The position numbers were made by a program, and so were the translations under genes. From contig NC_086097.1 of NCBI RefSeq assembly GCF_963921235.1, forward strand, positions 239,074,001 through 239,138,000: a stretch of 64,000 nt of DNA. Direction: 5' to 3'. How positions within the stretch are numbered: the stretch's first letter is position 1; the number at the start of each line of letters is the position of its first letter. Below, one piece after another: positions 1 to 12,154 of this stretch. Source of the DNA: Mobula hypostoma. Its lineage: Eukaryota. The notes under the pieces are model-generated. The model was not told where the DNA came from, made no database searches, and saw only the letters and a list, made by a program, of their open reading frames with translations.

Positions 1-420
1 ATTAAAAAAAAACAGACAAATGCAAAAGAAATAGCAAGGTTGGCATCCAATGCACAGCCAGCCGTTGAGAGGAGCGACAAACAACAACTCTGGATTTCCA
101 GCATTTGCAGAATCACTTGTATTTATGACATTTTAAAGTATGCTGTTGCTTTGTTATTGTTTTTCCTCTTACTGTTATTTTTCTTCGTGCTGTTCTGCTG
201 AACATTGTAGGTATGCTGCGTTGATGCTAGAATGTGTAGAAACACTTGTGAGCTGCCCCCAGCACATACTTAAGGTGTTGCAGGTTGTTAATGCAAACAA
301 CACATTTAACTATATGTTTTGATGTGCCTGTGATAAAATAAATAAATCTGAATTTGAATCTGAGTATTGTCTCTCAAGACCATTGATTCCTTTTACAAGT
401 TTATTTTTTTGTCTTGTTTT

Positions 421-1030
421 TTAGATTATGAAGACACTTTTATTGTCATTTAGTAATGCATGCATTAAGAAATGATACTATATTTGGTCCGGTGTGATAT
501 CACAAAACACAGGACAGACCAAGACTGAAAAAAACTGACAAAACCACATAATTATAACATATAGTTACAACAGTGCAACAATACCACAACTTGATGAAGA
601 AGTCCATGAGCACAGTAAAAAGTTAAAAGTCTCTCAAATGTCCCACATCTCACACGGACGGGAGAAGGAAGAAAAACTCTCCCTGCCATGCCCGACCACA
701 ATCCGTCTCTGAGTCATCCGAAAACTTCGAGCCTCCGAATCAGTTCTTTGACACCAGGTACTGAGCGCCATCTCTGTCCGAACGATTCAACCTCAATCTT
801 GGTCACCAACAGTAGGCAGGGCCGGGGATTTTGAGGCCTTCCCTCGGGAAGATTCCTGACCACGCAGTAACAACAGCTGCGTATGAGCGTTTCAGAAATT
901 TCTCCAGATGTTCCTCTGTGCTTTCATGTCCGTCTCCATCAAATCAGAATTGCCCATGGCCCCTATTTAACGGATACGATATCAGTTTTCACCGGAGGGC
1001 TGCGCACGCGCGGCGCGCTGCTCTCTCTCC
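421..1030 (-). mobile_element. Non-autonomous retroelement family A (CpG-rich body, (CTAAT)n tail)
   Basis: Reverse complement matches 52085-52695 and 34490-34992 (gagggaaggcc...ccccggc; tttcttaatgcatgcattac; cataatctaa tail). No coding capacity. Confidence 0.75.
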
Positions 1031-1519
1031 TCCCAACTTTTATATCTTTAGCCACATATTCTAATGCATTTTTTTTCCAGCATCAAGGAGTATGTGTACA
1101 AAACTGCACTGATAGAAGCTTCCAAATTGCAAAATACGTTTCAAATTTATCGAGTACAAGTAAAGCACCAAATTTCCCCAGGACTTTTCCCAATAGTCAT
1201 ATTTCTGGGGTAAATTTTCAGGATATCTATAATATCTGGGGCATTACTTTCCATTGGAATTTGTTGGTACTTGACTGAATCTTCAATGTATAACCCAAAC
1301 ATGAGGAAAATTAGCTTGCAGAGAATTGTCAAGAAATGAGAAGGATAAGGTGAAACTGGTGTCACAGCAGGGGGGGAAGCTGGCTTCCCTTAATTGCCCA
1401 GGGATGCAAACATTTGGATTGGATTTAAGGAAAGTCACTGTCTGAGCACTTATTGTCTTCATTGTAATTAGAAAATAAATTAAAACCCAATGGGCCGCAG
1501 GTGTGCATATTCGGCAATC

Positions 1520-1705
1520 TGGAACAAAAAAAAGCTATCTAGTGGAGGAATACAACAGGCTGGGCAGTATTTAAGGGCAGAAAGGAATTATCAACATAGG
1601 TTAAGACCCTACATCAGGACTGAGAATGGAGAAGTAAGACCACCAGAAGCCAGTGGAGAGTGGGGGAAGAGGTGAGATAGGGACCGGGTAGACAGAGGAG
1701 GGGGT
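1520..1705 (-). mobile_element. Degenerate Penelope-like terminal repeat
   Basis: ggaggaatacaacaggctgggcagtattt...agaccctacatcaggactg resembles the family at 52825-53010; hammerhead core decayed. Confidence 0.5.
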
Positions 1706-1794
1706 AAAAGACCATTAATAATATTTATCAGCTTTTCAATATGTTTCTATGCCATCTTTTCTTCACAATGCTATCTTTCTTACCACTAAGTTCA

Positions 1795-2098
1795 ACTGTA
1801 CATAGAGCATTACAGTGAAGTGCAAGCCCTCTGACCCAGGATGTGTGCTGAGCTTTCAATCTGTTCCAAGATCAATCTACCCTTTCCTCCTATATAGCTC
1901 TCTATTTTACTATCATCTGTGTGCTTATCTAAGACTTTGTTAAATTCCCTGAGTATACCTTCCTCTACATTCATCCATCACAGGGCGCTCCATGAACCCA
2001 CCAATCTCTGTTTAAAAAAAACTACCTCTGACATTCCTGCTCTATATTCCTCCAATCACCTTAAAATTATGCCCACTTGTATCCACCATTTCCACCCT
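1795..2098 (-). mobile_element. Old CR1 3' fragment
   Basis: Similar to the CR1 3' end at 41930-42233 (caccttaaaattatgccc, ccatttccaccct). Confidence 0.5.
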
Positions 2099-2472
2099 CT
2101 GGTTTATTGTGGACATTCTTTAAGGAAAAAGGGAGAGTCTTGTTGGTTATTTACATGTATTCATTAGTTTACTATTAATAGAAGTTTAATAGAGACAGTT
2201 TGGAATATATGAAGATTTTAGAAAGCTTGTTTAAAAATATTAATGTATTTTAAAAAAGACAATCGCAAAATAACATTATCTCTAAATAGTATTGTTATTA
2301 TACCCCATATGTAACATAAGAAATGTGAATGCGATAAGCTTTGGTGAATATTCATAAAAAATTAAGGAAAGGAAAACAAACACAGTTTGCTCTCAGTGAG
2401 ACTTCTGTTGCTGCACGAGTAATGATAAATCTTTTACATCAGTTTTTTTGGTTATTTAAAAAATATTATCGA

Positions 2473-2730
2473 TTGAGATAGGCCCTTCTGGCCCTTCAGC
2501 CGCGCCACCCAGCAACCCCCAATTTAACCCTATCCTAATCAAGGGATAATTTACAAAGACAGATTAACTTACCAACCGCTACATCTTTGGAGTCTGGGAG
2601 GAACCGGGAGCACCCGAAGGAAGCCCATGACATCACAGGGAGAATGTACAAACTCCTTACGGACAGTGATGGTAATTGAACCGGGTTACTGGTACTGTAA
2701 AGCATTGCGCTAAACAATACGTTACCATGT
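2473..2730 (-). mobile_element. tRNA-derived V-SINE (HE1-like)
   Basis: Reverse complement has the gggcttccttcgggtgctcccggttcctcccagactccaaagatg core, a ggttcaatt B-box-like head and a gaagggccagaagggccta tail. Confidence 0.8.
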
Positions 2731-2734
2731 CATC

Positions 2735-3067
2735 CTTCAAGGCTGTATGTGTAGCACTAGCTTCATTGCTACTATCCAAATATTGATGCGTACACCAGGC
2801 CTGTAAGGGTTTCAAAATATATCAAACCACGCCACTTGTTTTCAAGACCATTTAGTTGGCAGCAAGCCAGTGTGAAATGTTTCCTGTAAAAACATCTCGC
2901 TACTGTCAGATTTTAAAAAATCATTTGATGTTTTACTTAGCAGTAAAGGTAATCAAGATGGACCTTTTTATTATGGGTGGGTTTAAAAGAGTGGCAACAC
3001 TGCATGACATGTGTCAATTTTTGCACACGGCATCTTGGACAGGCGTGCCACAGGTTCGCCACCCCCG
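2735..3067. mobile_element. Old hAT-like terminal fragment, duplicated at 4748-5063
   Basis: Ends gtgccacaggttcgccacccccg, a Charlie-type terminus; second copy ends gtgccataggttcactacccctg. Confidence 0.45.
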
Positions 3068-3996
3068 CACTAGTGGCTCTTGAATCACAACAACTACGGA
3101 GGAAAGCATGCAAAAATGACCATCTGAGTCTTGAAGGAATGCCATTTTCTTTGGCATGAAATGCCATACCATTCTACCAATGAGAACATATATTTTCAAG
3201 CTTCCAGAAATCAGAGCAAGATGCAGAGCTCTGCTAACCACAATGCTTCTCATATATTTAATCAGGTGGCTCAGCAAGTGATTAAAATGGAAAACTCTTT
3301 CCTGAGGCCTTCATATTAATTTCTCTTTGCATAATTTGCTACATGCCCATTGTAAATTCTGCATTGTTTCCACCTTTTCAAAGCTTGAAAGGATTGGTGT
3401 TTACATTACCTACAAACTGCCATTCATATCATTTTCAAATCTGTTTTACTCAATTTGTCTCTCTGCTTCAAGATAATTATTTCCAGCCCTACTATAAAGA
3501 TATTATACAAAACAGTCTTTTTCCCCATTTGACCCCCCAATATTTTGATCCCTGAATTGGTCTGTGCTGTCTTCACTGAACCCATCTGTAATGTGAAGGG
3601 TTAGTTTACTTGTGGGTTGAAAGCTGTTTCTACAGTGCCAGTTATCAATTGGCCTGTTTGAAGGATGCAGTCGCTCTTTCCCATTGGTTGCCTTATGTGC
3701 CATGGCACCAGCAATTCAGGGGCTTTCCTTTGTCTCTGGACACTCATCTTCACACTGAGACAGCGCCCAGTGCTGAAGAGCCATTGGGAAAGTATGCTGC
3801 AGATGTAGGAGGGCCCATATGCACTCTTAGCTTAATATCTGATTGTTGAATGTTTAGTTTTGCACATGTGCAACTCGGGGAGACTTAATGAGGTGCCTGT
3901 TGAGTTTGAAGTGTTACTGAATGTTCAGTATAGTTCATGTAAATGAAGGTGGCTTAGATGCTGGGTGGCTTAGCTGTTTGTCTGTAAGCAAATCAT

Positions 3997-4463
3997 TATA
4001 GAAGGAGTGCAGAGGGGATTAACAAGGATGTTCCCTGGATTGGAGAGCATACCTTATGAGAATAGGTTGAGTAAACTTGGCCTTTTCTCTGTGGAGCGAC
4101 GGAGGATGAGAGGTGATCTGATAGAGTGTATAAGATGATGAGGGGCATTGATCATGTGGATAGCTGGAGGCTTTTTCCCAGGGCTGAAATGGCTAACTTA
4201 AGGGCCACAGTTTTGAGATGCTTGGAAGTAAGTACAACGGAGATGTCAGGGCTAAATTTTTCACACAGAGTGCTGGGTGCGTGGAATACACTGCCAGTGA
4301 AGGTGGTAGAGGTGGATGCAATAGGATCTTTTAAGATACTCTTATATAGGCACATTGATCTTAGAGGACTATCCTGTAGGGTAATTCTAGGCAGTTTCTA
4401 GAGTACGTTGGCCAATTTTGTGGGCCGAAAGGCCTGTAATGTGCTGTAGATTTCTATGTTCTA
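3997..4463 (+). mobile_element. CR1 3' fragment
   Basis: ORF 4126-4401 YKMMRGIDHVDSWRLFPRAEM matches the CR1 ORF2 C-terminus at 48267-48632; tttctatgttcta tail. Confidence 0.85.
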
Positions 4464-4574
4464 ATGTGCTTATTCGTGTCTTCTGACTCACCTACCAAAC
4501 CTCTGAAGCTGCTTCCTTGTAGCGCCATCCTCCATCTTACCCTGATCACTATGATTTGACTTTGTACTCCTACA

Positions 4575-4745
4575 ATGACCAATTAACCTACTAACTGACA
4601 TGTCTCTGCACTGGGAGGAAACGGGAGCATCCGAAGGAAACCCATGCCGTCATGGGAAGAATGTACAAACTCCTTACAGACAGTGGCGGGAATTGAACTC
4701 AGGCTGCTGATACTGTAAACATTGTGCTAACCAGTACGTTACCAT
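4575..4745 (-). mobile_element. V-SINE fragment
   Basis: gggaggaaacgggagcatccgaaggaaaccc...tgtacaaactccttacagacagtggcgggaattgaac. Confidence 0.75.
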
Positions 4746-5334
4746 GTCATCCTTCAAGGCTATATATGTAGCACTAGTTTCATCACTACTATGTAAGGAT
4801 CTCAAAACGTCCCAAACCACATCACTTGTCCTCAAGACCATTTAGTTGGCAGTAAGCCCGAGTGAAATGTTCCCTGTGAAAACATCTCACTACTGTCAGA
4901 TTGTAAAAAATCATTTGCTGTTTCATTTGGCAGTAAAGGTAATCAAAATTCACCTTTTTTATTATGGGTGGGGTTTAAAGAATCGAGTGGCAACACTGCA
5001 TGCCACATGCCAATTTTTGCACATGACATCTTGGACACGCGTGCCATAGGTTCACTACCCCTGCACTAGTGGCTCTTGCATCACAACATTGTATTGCATG
5101 GCGGAGGAAAGCATACAAAAATGACCATCGGAGTCTCCTGACTCACTTAGCATACCTGTGAAGCTGCTGCCTTGTAGCTTACCACAATCATTATGATTTG
5201 GCTTTGTACCCCTGCACTCTCTCCACCAGCTTTACATTTATATTAGTGCCCGAGAACAAGTTATCGTTGAATTATTTTTCTTCTCATTTTTCCCCCCAAA
5301 ATCAGAATCATTCCTCACTTGCCAATCCTTCAAT

Positions 5335-5805
5335 TTCAGGAAAGCTGCATCCCTGATCAGAGTTCCCGCCACCCAGGTAGTGCTCACTTCTCTCTGCTGC
5401 CAACAGGCCTTCAGACTGACACTGCCAAATTCAAGAACAGTTATTGCCCCTCAATCATCAGGACCTTGAACCAAATGCGATAATTTCACAGAACTTCACT
5501 TGCCCCATTAGTGAAATGTTCCCACAACCAATGGACTCACTTTCAAGGACTCTTCATCTCATGTTCTTGGTATTTATTGCTTATTTATTAATATTATCAT
5601 TATTATTTCTTTCTTTTTGTATTTGTGCAGCTAGTTGTCTTTTGCACACTGTTTGAATGCCCAAGTTGGTGCAGTGTTTCATTGATTCTGTTATAGTTAT
5701 TATTCTATAGATTTATTGAGTATACCCACAAGTAATTGAATCTCAGGGTTGTATATGCAGACATGTATGTACTTTGATAATACATTTATTTTGAACTTTG
5801 AACTT
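5335..5805 (+). mobile_element. Rex1/Babar-type 3' fragment
   Basis: aggaaagctgcatcc...ttcaagaacagttattgcccctc ORF end; tail aatctcagggttgtatatg...ttgaactttgaacttt, as at 31085-31153 and 56270-56332. Confidence 0.65.
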
Positions 5806-6122
5806 TATTGTCAGGACAATCTTATTTGGTGTTCTATTTGTCTGTGATGATGAACATCATACATCTGGGAACTTAACTCTTAAACTAATAATTAAGCAGA
5901 CTTGTCCCTACAACATGAATAGATCTAACCCATTTTATTTTATTTATGTTATTAGTGCATTTGCTTTGTTCAAAGTGATTTGCAATTCAGTTATAATTTA
6001 ATTTGATTTTTAATTTGATCTTCTTTCTGGGTTTTTTTTGACTTACTATTATGTGGTTACAATTATATCCTCCATGACACAGCCCATTCTGATTACCAAA
6101 AGCAGTACTTGATTGATGACTA

Positions 6123-6123
<1 letters not shown>

Positions 6124-6179
<56 letters not shown>

Positions 6180-6187
6180 CATATATC
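6124..6187. repeat. (CA)n(TA)n microsatellite
   Basis: Read directly from the sequence. Confidence 0.95.
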
Positions 6188-6564
6188 ATCTCCACTCACC
6201 CAGAACTTTCTCCACATTTTCTTATAAAGTTAAACTTTATCCAGTTATGCAGTTTTCTCAGCCTGGTTTAAGTGATTTATGTCATAAGTGAGTGGTTTTC
6301 TCTTTCTCTGGTCTTGGTCCTGGTATCACTGTCTCGTGAACTGCCTCCCTCACCACTCTTTGAACTGTGCATTCAACTTCCTGATTGATACAACTCCATG
6401 CGAGTTTTACACGTCTCGGTTAAGCCTCCAGGGATTAGAACCTCGAGGACTACTTATAATTTTCTTCTTTAAAGGACAAGAGGGAGCTCTGCTGAATCAC
6501 AGGGATCACTTCTATAAACAATAAACTTCAGGAGCCTGCTATATTCCATCTGCATTGTTTTATT

Positions 6565-6716
6565 TTAAAACGTAAACACGAGGAATTCTGCAGATGCTGG
6601 AAATTCAAGCAACACACATCAAAGGGTCTCGGCCCGAAACGTCGACTGTACCTCTTCCTAGAGATGCTGCCTGGCCTGCTGCGTTCACCAGCAACTTTGA
6701 TGTGTGTTGCTTGGTC
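6565..6716. mobile_element. Young Penelope-like terminal repeat, inverted pair
   Basis: A minus-strand 3' end is joined to plus-strand gggtctcggcccgaaacgtcgactg (hammerhead lacking CUGANGA); probable TSD cattgttttatt at 6553-6564 and 6717-6728. Confidence 0.8.
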
Positions 6717-6914
6717 CATTGTTTTATTGTTGTTTTTTTCTCAGCTCAACAGACAGCTGTGAAATTTACATCAGGAATTTAAATGAACAATATTACGATG
6801 TAGTGTCATACTACCCCAAGACAGGTTATGTTCAACCCACATGTAAATGGAGGTAGCCTGGGACAACTTCTGTGTTTTTTATCATTCGACATCCCAGTCA
6901 TCTGTAAATCATGA

Positions 6915-7143
6915 TAAAACGAGATTCTGCAGATGGTAGAAATTCAGAGCAGCGCATTCAAAATGCTCGATGAACTCAGCAGTGGAGGCAGCAACTACAG
7001 AAAGGAATACAGAGTTAACATTTCAGAGTGAGACCCTCCATAAGGATCTGATACAGGGTCTTGGCCCAAAATGTTGACCATTTATTTATTTCCATAGGTG
7101 CTGCCTGACCTGCTGAGTACCTCCAGTACTTTTGGATATGTTG
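6915..7143. mobile_element. Older Penelope-like terminal repeat, inverted pair
   Basis: gaactcagcag...gagaccctcc followed by ctgatacagggtcttggcccaaaatgttgac...gctgcctgacctgctgagt. Confidence 0.7.
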
Positions 7144-7150
7144 GGATAAA

Positions 7151-7483
7151 GCCATTTTCCTTAGGGTAACCTAATCAATGTATTTCCCCTGCAATATACT
7201 AGACCTCTTGATGCTTTCCCACTCCTTAGTATGACCATGGATGATCTATGCTGGTCTCAAATCCTCTTCTGTGCAAGAAGTTGCAAGCAAAATTGTACCT
7301 AAAAATCTGCTGAAATTCTCCTGAAGCTGCACATAGAAAGCTTGATCTATAGGGGGAAATGCCATTTTCCTTGGAGCAACTTGGTGAATATATTCCCACT
7401 GGCAAATACCAGCCCTCTCAATATTTTACTCCTCTTTAGTATGACCATGATGCATTTATGCTGTCTCAACTACTCTTCTGTGC
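7151..7483. repeat. Diverged direct duplication (~125 bp unit, 210 bp period)
   Basis: gccattttcctt...ttagtatgaccatg...tatgctg...ctcttctgtgc occurs at 7151-7274 and 7361-7483. Confidence 0.75.
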
Positions 7484-8142
7484 CTCTTCTAAATTCCTTG
7501 ATCTTTCAGTTGTTTTTTTTAAATGATTTTTGACTGACAAAACAAAAGATCTAATTGTGATACTTCTCATCTAGCTTAAGACATTGCAAGTGGAGGGGGA
7601 ATCTTGTATTTGTCTCTAAGTGTCAGCATGCTTCAAAAAGAAATTGAATCTGTGCAGTATTTTGATGCCTCATTCAGGATATGAATGCAGATGTTAAAAA
7701 TAAAACTCTATTGAAATGTTGCATTGCTTACTGATTTGCTATGTCAGTTTGCTTTGGTTTATATTGAATGGGTAGTTGGGTAATAGTCTCTTATTTATGC
7801 ATTTCTGCAGGAGTAAAATACGAGAGGACAGCAAAGTGGTGAATTTAGAATTTCTAGGAAGACTGAGCCATCAGACAAGACAGCAGAGGAACTGTAAATA
7901 ATGAAGAAGGACCTACAAGTAGCACGACAATTTATTGTAGTGGTGGTCAAATAGATGCAGTTCATTTTTCATGGCCACCCTCCAACTTAGTGAAACAGTG
8001 CTGTTTCTCTCACCCTTCTGCTCTCGTTGAAGTATTTTACATTTGTCCCTCTAATCAGTTAGCAAGGGATAGCAAAGTAGATCATAATGTGAACTAGTGG
8101 GAAATGATGCAATGAGAACAAATGTAGGTATGTATTGAAATA

Positions 8143-8684
8143 TAAGACTATAAAACGTAGGAGCAGAATTAAGTAATTTGGCCTATTGAGTCTGCTCTGC
8201 CATTTCATCATGGGTGATCCATTTCTCCCTCAGCCCCAATCTCCAGCCTTCTCCATAGTCTGACTAATCAGGAATCTATCAGTCTCTGCATTAAATATAC
8301 CCAGTGACTTGACCTCCACAGCCGCCTGTGGCAATGGATTAGATAGGTTCACCACCCCCTGGCTAAAGAAATTCCTCCTCATCTCCATTCTACATGGACG
8401 TCCCTCTATTCTGAGACTGTGCTCTTTGATCTTCGACTCTCCCACCACAGGAAACGTTTTCTCCACACCCACTCTTTCCAGTCTTTTCAACACTCAACAG
8501 ATTTCAATGAGATCGCCCCTCATTCTTCCGAATTCCAGCAAGTATAGGTTGACAGCCTTCAAATGCTCCTCATGTGACAAATTTTTCAATCCCAGAATCA
8601 TACTTGTGAACCTCCTTTGAACTCTGTCCAATGTCAGTACATCCTTTCTTAGATAGGGGGCCCAAGATGCTCACAATACTCCAG
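8143..8684 (-). mobile_element. CR1 3' fragment
   Basis: Minus ORF 8230-8493 HSLRIEGRP...RRNFFSQGVVNL is a CR1 ORF2 C-terminus. Confidence 0.85.
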
Positions 8685-9174
8685 TTTTGTTTTAATAATC
8701 CAATTAAAAGAGTCGATGTTTCTAGTAGAATGTTAAAATTTCTAAACCTATGAAATTATTACAAATATTTAAGGACAAATGTTTCAAAGCGATGTCTGCA
8801 ACGCGGATAACTACAATGAAGCAGCTGCTGTCTGAAACATATCGCTGGGTGATTTGTCAAAGCAGTCACTTTTACTGAGGATGTCTACATAATGAAATAT
8901 CAATAATGCCAGTTGCAGCAACTTCTTTCATTTTTATTAAATATTAATCTGATTCAGCTGCAGTTAATCACTGAACTTGTCTGTAATTTTGTGAGGCAAG
9001 GTGAAAGTTAACATGACCATTAAAGGGAGGCTGACGTCAGATATGTGATAGTGATACGCTTTTATGTTGTTTTCTACAAAATAATTAATGACTACATAAT
9101 TTTTCACAGAAAGAGGTGGCAAGCAAGAGACCTTCACCTGGAGAATCAATGAAACTTAATGCACAGGATCGAAG

Positions 9175-10487
9175 TGTAGCCCCCCTGGCCACCCTCAGGG
9201 TCGCTCGGCTCGCTGTCGTCTAGGGAAACAGCCCTTGGCCCCGCCAAACTGGGTAATTCGTTTGTGTGGATGCTGTGTGAGGTACCCCACCCCGCCCAAA
9301 TAACAGACAATACACCAGATGCAATTAAATGATATACAGTTTATAGATATTACTGGAACTATATAATTAAAACAGAATAAAATATAAAAGGAAAATAAAA
9401 GGCGCCACACTTATCAAAGTTCAATCTCTTCGTGCACAAAAACCGTTGGAGCTCAAGGACCTTCTTTTTCACCCTTTGACCCCCTCGGACCACCTCGACC
9501 GGCCGCCTGGGACCAACAACGGTGGTCGACCAGACGCTCCACACGAATCCGTCTCCGTCTCCTCGCCGAATGTCCCGCTCGGGGTCCGACCCCGTTAGCG
9601 GACTCCCAGCACCTCGTCCATCCTCTATCTCGCTCTCCCGCCTTCTGCCCCCAAAATCCCCTCGCAAACAGTATCTTCAAATACACCAAAACCATAACAA
9701 CTATCCCAATTGGTTAATAACGTATTTCTTATCACCCTCTAAACCACAACAAGCTGCTAGCGCAAACTTTCTCAGTGTTTAAGACAACAAAGCCACATTC
9801 CCCATATTAACATAACAAAGACGCCATTTTAATTAGCCTCCGCAGTAACATAGCGAGAGGATTCGAGTACAGGAGCAGGGAGGTACTACTGCAGTTGTAC
9901 AAGGCCTTGATGAGACCACACCTGGAGTATTGTGTGCAGTTTTGGTCCCCTAATCTGAGGAAAGACATCTTTGCCATAGAGGGAGTACAAAGAAGGTTCA
10001 CCAGATTGATTCCTGGGATGGCAGGTCTTTCATATGAAGAAAGACTGGATGAACTGGGCTTGTACTCGTTGGAATTTAGAAGATTGAGGGGGGATCTGAT
10101 TGAAACGTATAAGATCCTAAAGGGATTGGACAGGCTAGATGCGGGAAGATTGTTCCCGATGTTGGGGAGGTCTAGAACGAGGGGTCACAGTTTGAGGATA
10201 GAGGGGAAGCCTTTTAGGACCGAGGTTAGGAAAAACTTCTTCACACAGAGAGTGGTGAATCTGTGGAATTCTCTGCCACAGCAAACTGTTGAGGCCAGTT
10301 CATTAGCTATGTTTAAAAGGAAGTTAGATATGGCCCTTGTGGCTACAGGGGTCAGGGGGTATGGAGGGAAGGCTGGGTTCTGAGTTGGATGATCAGCCAT
10401 GATCATAATAAATGGCGGTGCAGGCTCGAAGGGCCGAATGGCCTACTCCTGCACCTATTTTCTATGTTTCTATGAAACCCCCTTACA
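9175..10487 (-). mobile_element. Solo LTR (Gypsy-like), split by a CR1 at 9851-10474
   Basis: TGTA...TACA termini (tgtagccccc / cccccttaca) with 4-bp TSD gaag at 9171-9174 and 10488-10491; about 690 bp once the CR1 is removed. Strand is tentative. Confidence 0.8.
9851..10474 (+). mobile_element. Young CR1, 5'-truncated
   Basis: Nearly identical to 63232-63855; ORF 9895-10383; ttttctatgtttctatg tail. Confidence 0.95.
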
Positions 10488-10491
10488 GAAG

Positions 10492-11712
10492 TAAAATGCA
10501 GAGAGTTGTTAACTCAGTCAGCTCTATCATGGGCACTATCCTCTGTAGTATTGTGGACATCTTCAAGGTTCGATGCCTCAAAAAGGCACGTCCATCATTA
10601 AGGACCCCCATCACCCAGACATGTCCTCTTCTCATTGTTACCATCAGGAAGGAGGTTCAGGAGCCTGAAGGCACACAGTCAACAATTCCTGAGCAGCTTC
10701 TTCCCCTCTGCCATCTGATTTCTGAATGGACTTGAACCCATGAACTCTACCTCACTACTTTATTCTACTTCTATTTTGCACTGATTAACTATTTTAACTG
10801 TTTTATATATATATATGGCACTGTGTTAATTGCAAGTACGGAGGAAGAATTACAAAAATTAATTGATATAGTTATTGAAGAAAGTGCAAAAATGGGTCTG
10901 TCTATCATTTGCAAAAAGACAGAATGTATGGTGATATCCAAAAAGAAGGAGAATCCTATCTGCAGGCTGACAATAAACGGAGAAGACATAAAGCAAGTGC
11001 AGAACTTCTGCTACTTAGGAAGCTGGGTGACATCAGATGGCAAGTGCGACGTGGACATCAAAAGAAGAATAGGGATGACAAAAGACACCTTTACGAGAAT
11101 GAAGAGTATACCAACCAATACTAAACTAGGCATGACAACCTTCGCAGAGTACTGAAATGTTACGTTTATCCAGTTATGTTATATGGCTCAGAATGTTGGA
11201 CAATATCTAGTAACATGAGGAAATGAATTGTAGCAGCAGAGATGTGGTTTTTGAGGAGGATGCAAAGAATATCATGGATGAAATGAATATCTAGTAAGGA
11301 TGTCATGAACAGAGCAAGCATAAAAAGAGAAATAATGTATGAGATCATGAAAAGGCAATGTAACTTCATTGGACGTGTGATTAGGAAAGAGGAGTTAGAA
11401 TGCACGGTAATTATGGGAAAGATTGAAGGAAAGAAAGCAAGAGGAAGACAAAGACAAATGATGATGGAGACAGCAGCCAGAGAACTGGAAATGAACACCA
11501 ATGAATTGATCCACTTGACCCGAAACAGGCCATGGCAGTCAAAGCTCAAACTGGGCATGGAACCTGATGATGATGATGATGATGATGATATATTTAATAA
11601 TTTACAGATTTTTTTCTTTTCTGTTATTATGTATTGCATCGTACTGCTGCCTCAAAGTTAACAAACTTTATGACATTTGCCAGTGATATTAAACCTGATT
11701 CTGATTCTAATT
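10492..11712 (+). mobile_element. Rex1/Babar 3' fragment, host of the RTE insertion; begins at about 9160, before the LTR
   Basis: gcacaggatcgaag|taaaatgcagagagttgttaactcagtcagc aligns to 39343-39390; tail aaacctgattctgattct at 11691-11708. Confidence 0.75.
10817..11590 (+). mobile_element. RTE-clade LINE 3' fragment
   Basis: LIASTEEELQKL...GLSIICKKTECM...FCYLGSWVTSDG...IKRRIG and GKIEGKKARGRQR are typical of the RTE C-terminus; (GAT)n tail. Confidence 0.85.
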
Positions 11713-12154
11713 GAAGGGGAGAACATCAACATTTTTAAAATAAAAACCAAAAAATACTTGAATGGATGCCTATGTGAAACAAAACTGTTTGGAAATTCCA
11801 TCCAATATACAAAACCCAAGAGAAGAAGAAATTGAATAACTATTACAGCAGACCTATTGAGAAAGAAAGTAATGTGACCTTGCATCTTTGGTCCTTCTTT
11901 TCAAAAACCCATTGCAGCTGTCCTTTCTGTCATCGGACACCACAGCTTTAACCCTACCCCTTCCACCACTCCTCCTGGCCTCACGAGCTTAATTAGAATC
12001 AGAATCAGGATCAGGTTTAATATCACGGGCATATGTCATCAAATTTGTTCTTTTACGGCAGCAGTACATTACAATACATAAAAATTAAAACTGTAAAGTG
12101 GTAGATACTGTATATAGTAAAGTTAAATTAAATAAACTGTGCAAAAATAGAACA

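Noticed and set aside
5987..6291. CVCVCV / HTHTHT ORFs (also 58911-59117)
   Set aside because: Translations of dinucleotide microsatellites.
9850..9851. LTR ending at gtaaca (9850) with mismatched flanks, suggesting ectopic recombination
   Set aside because: The true end ccttaca with the matching gaag TSD lies at 10487, beyond the CR1.
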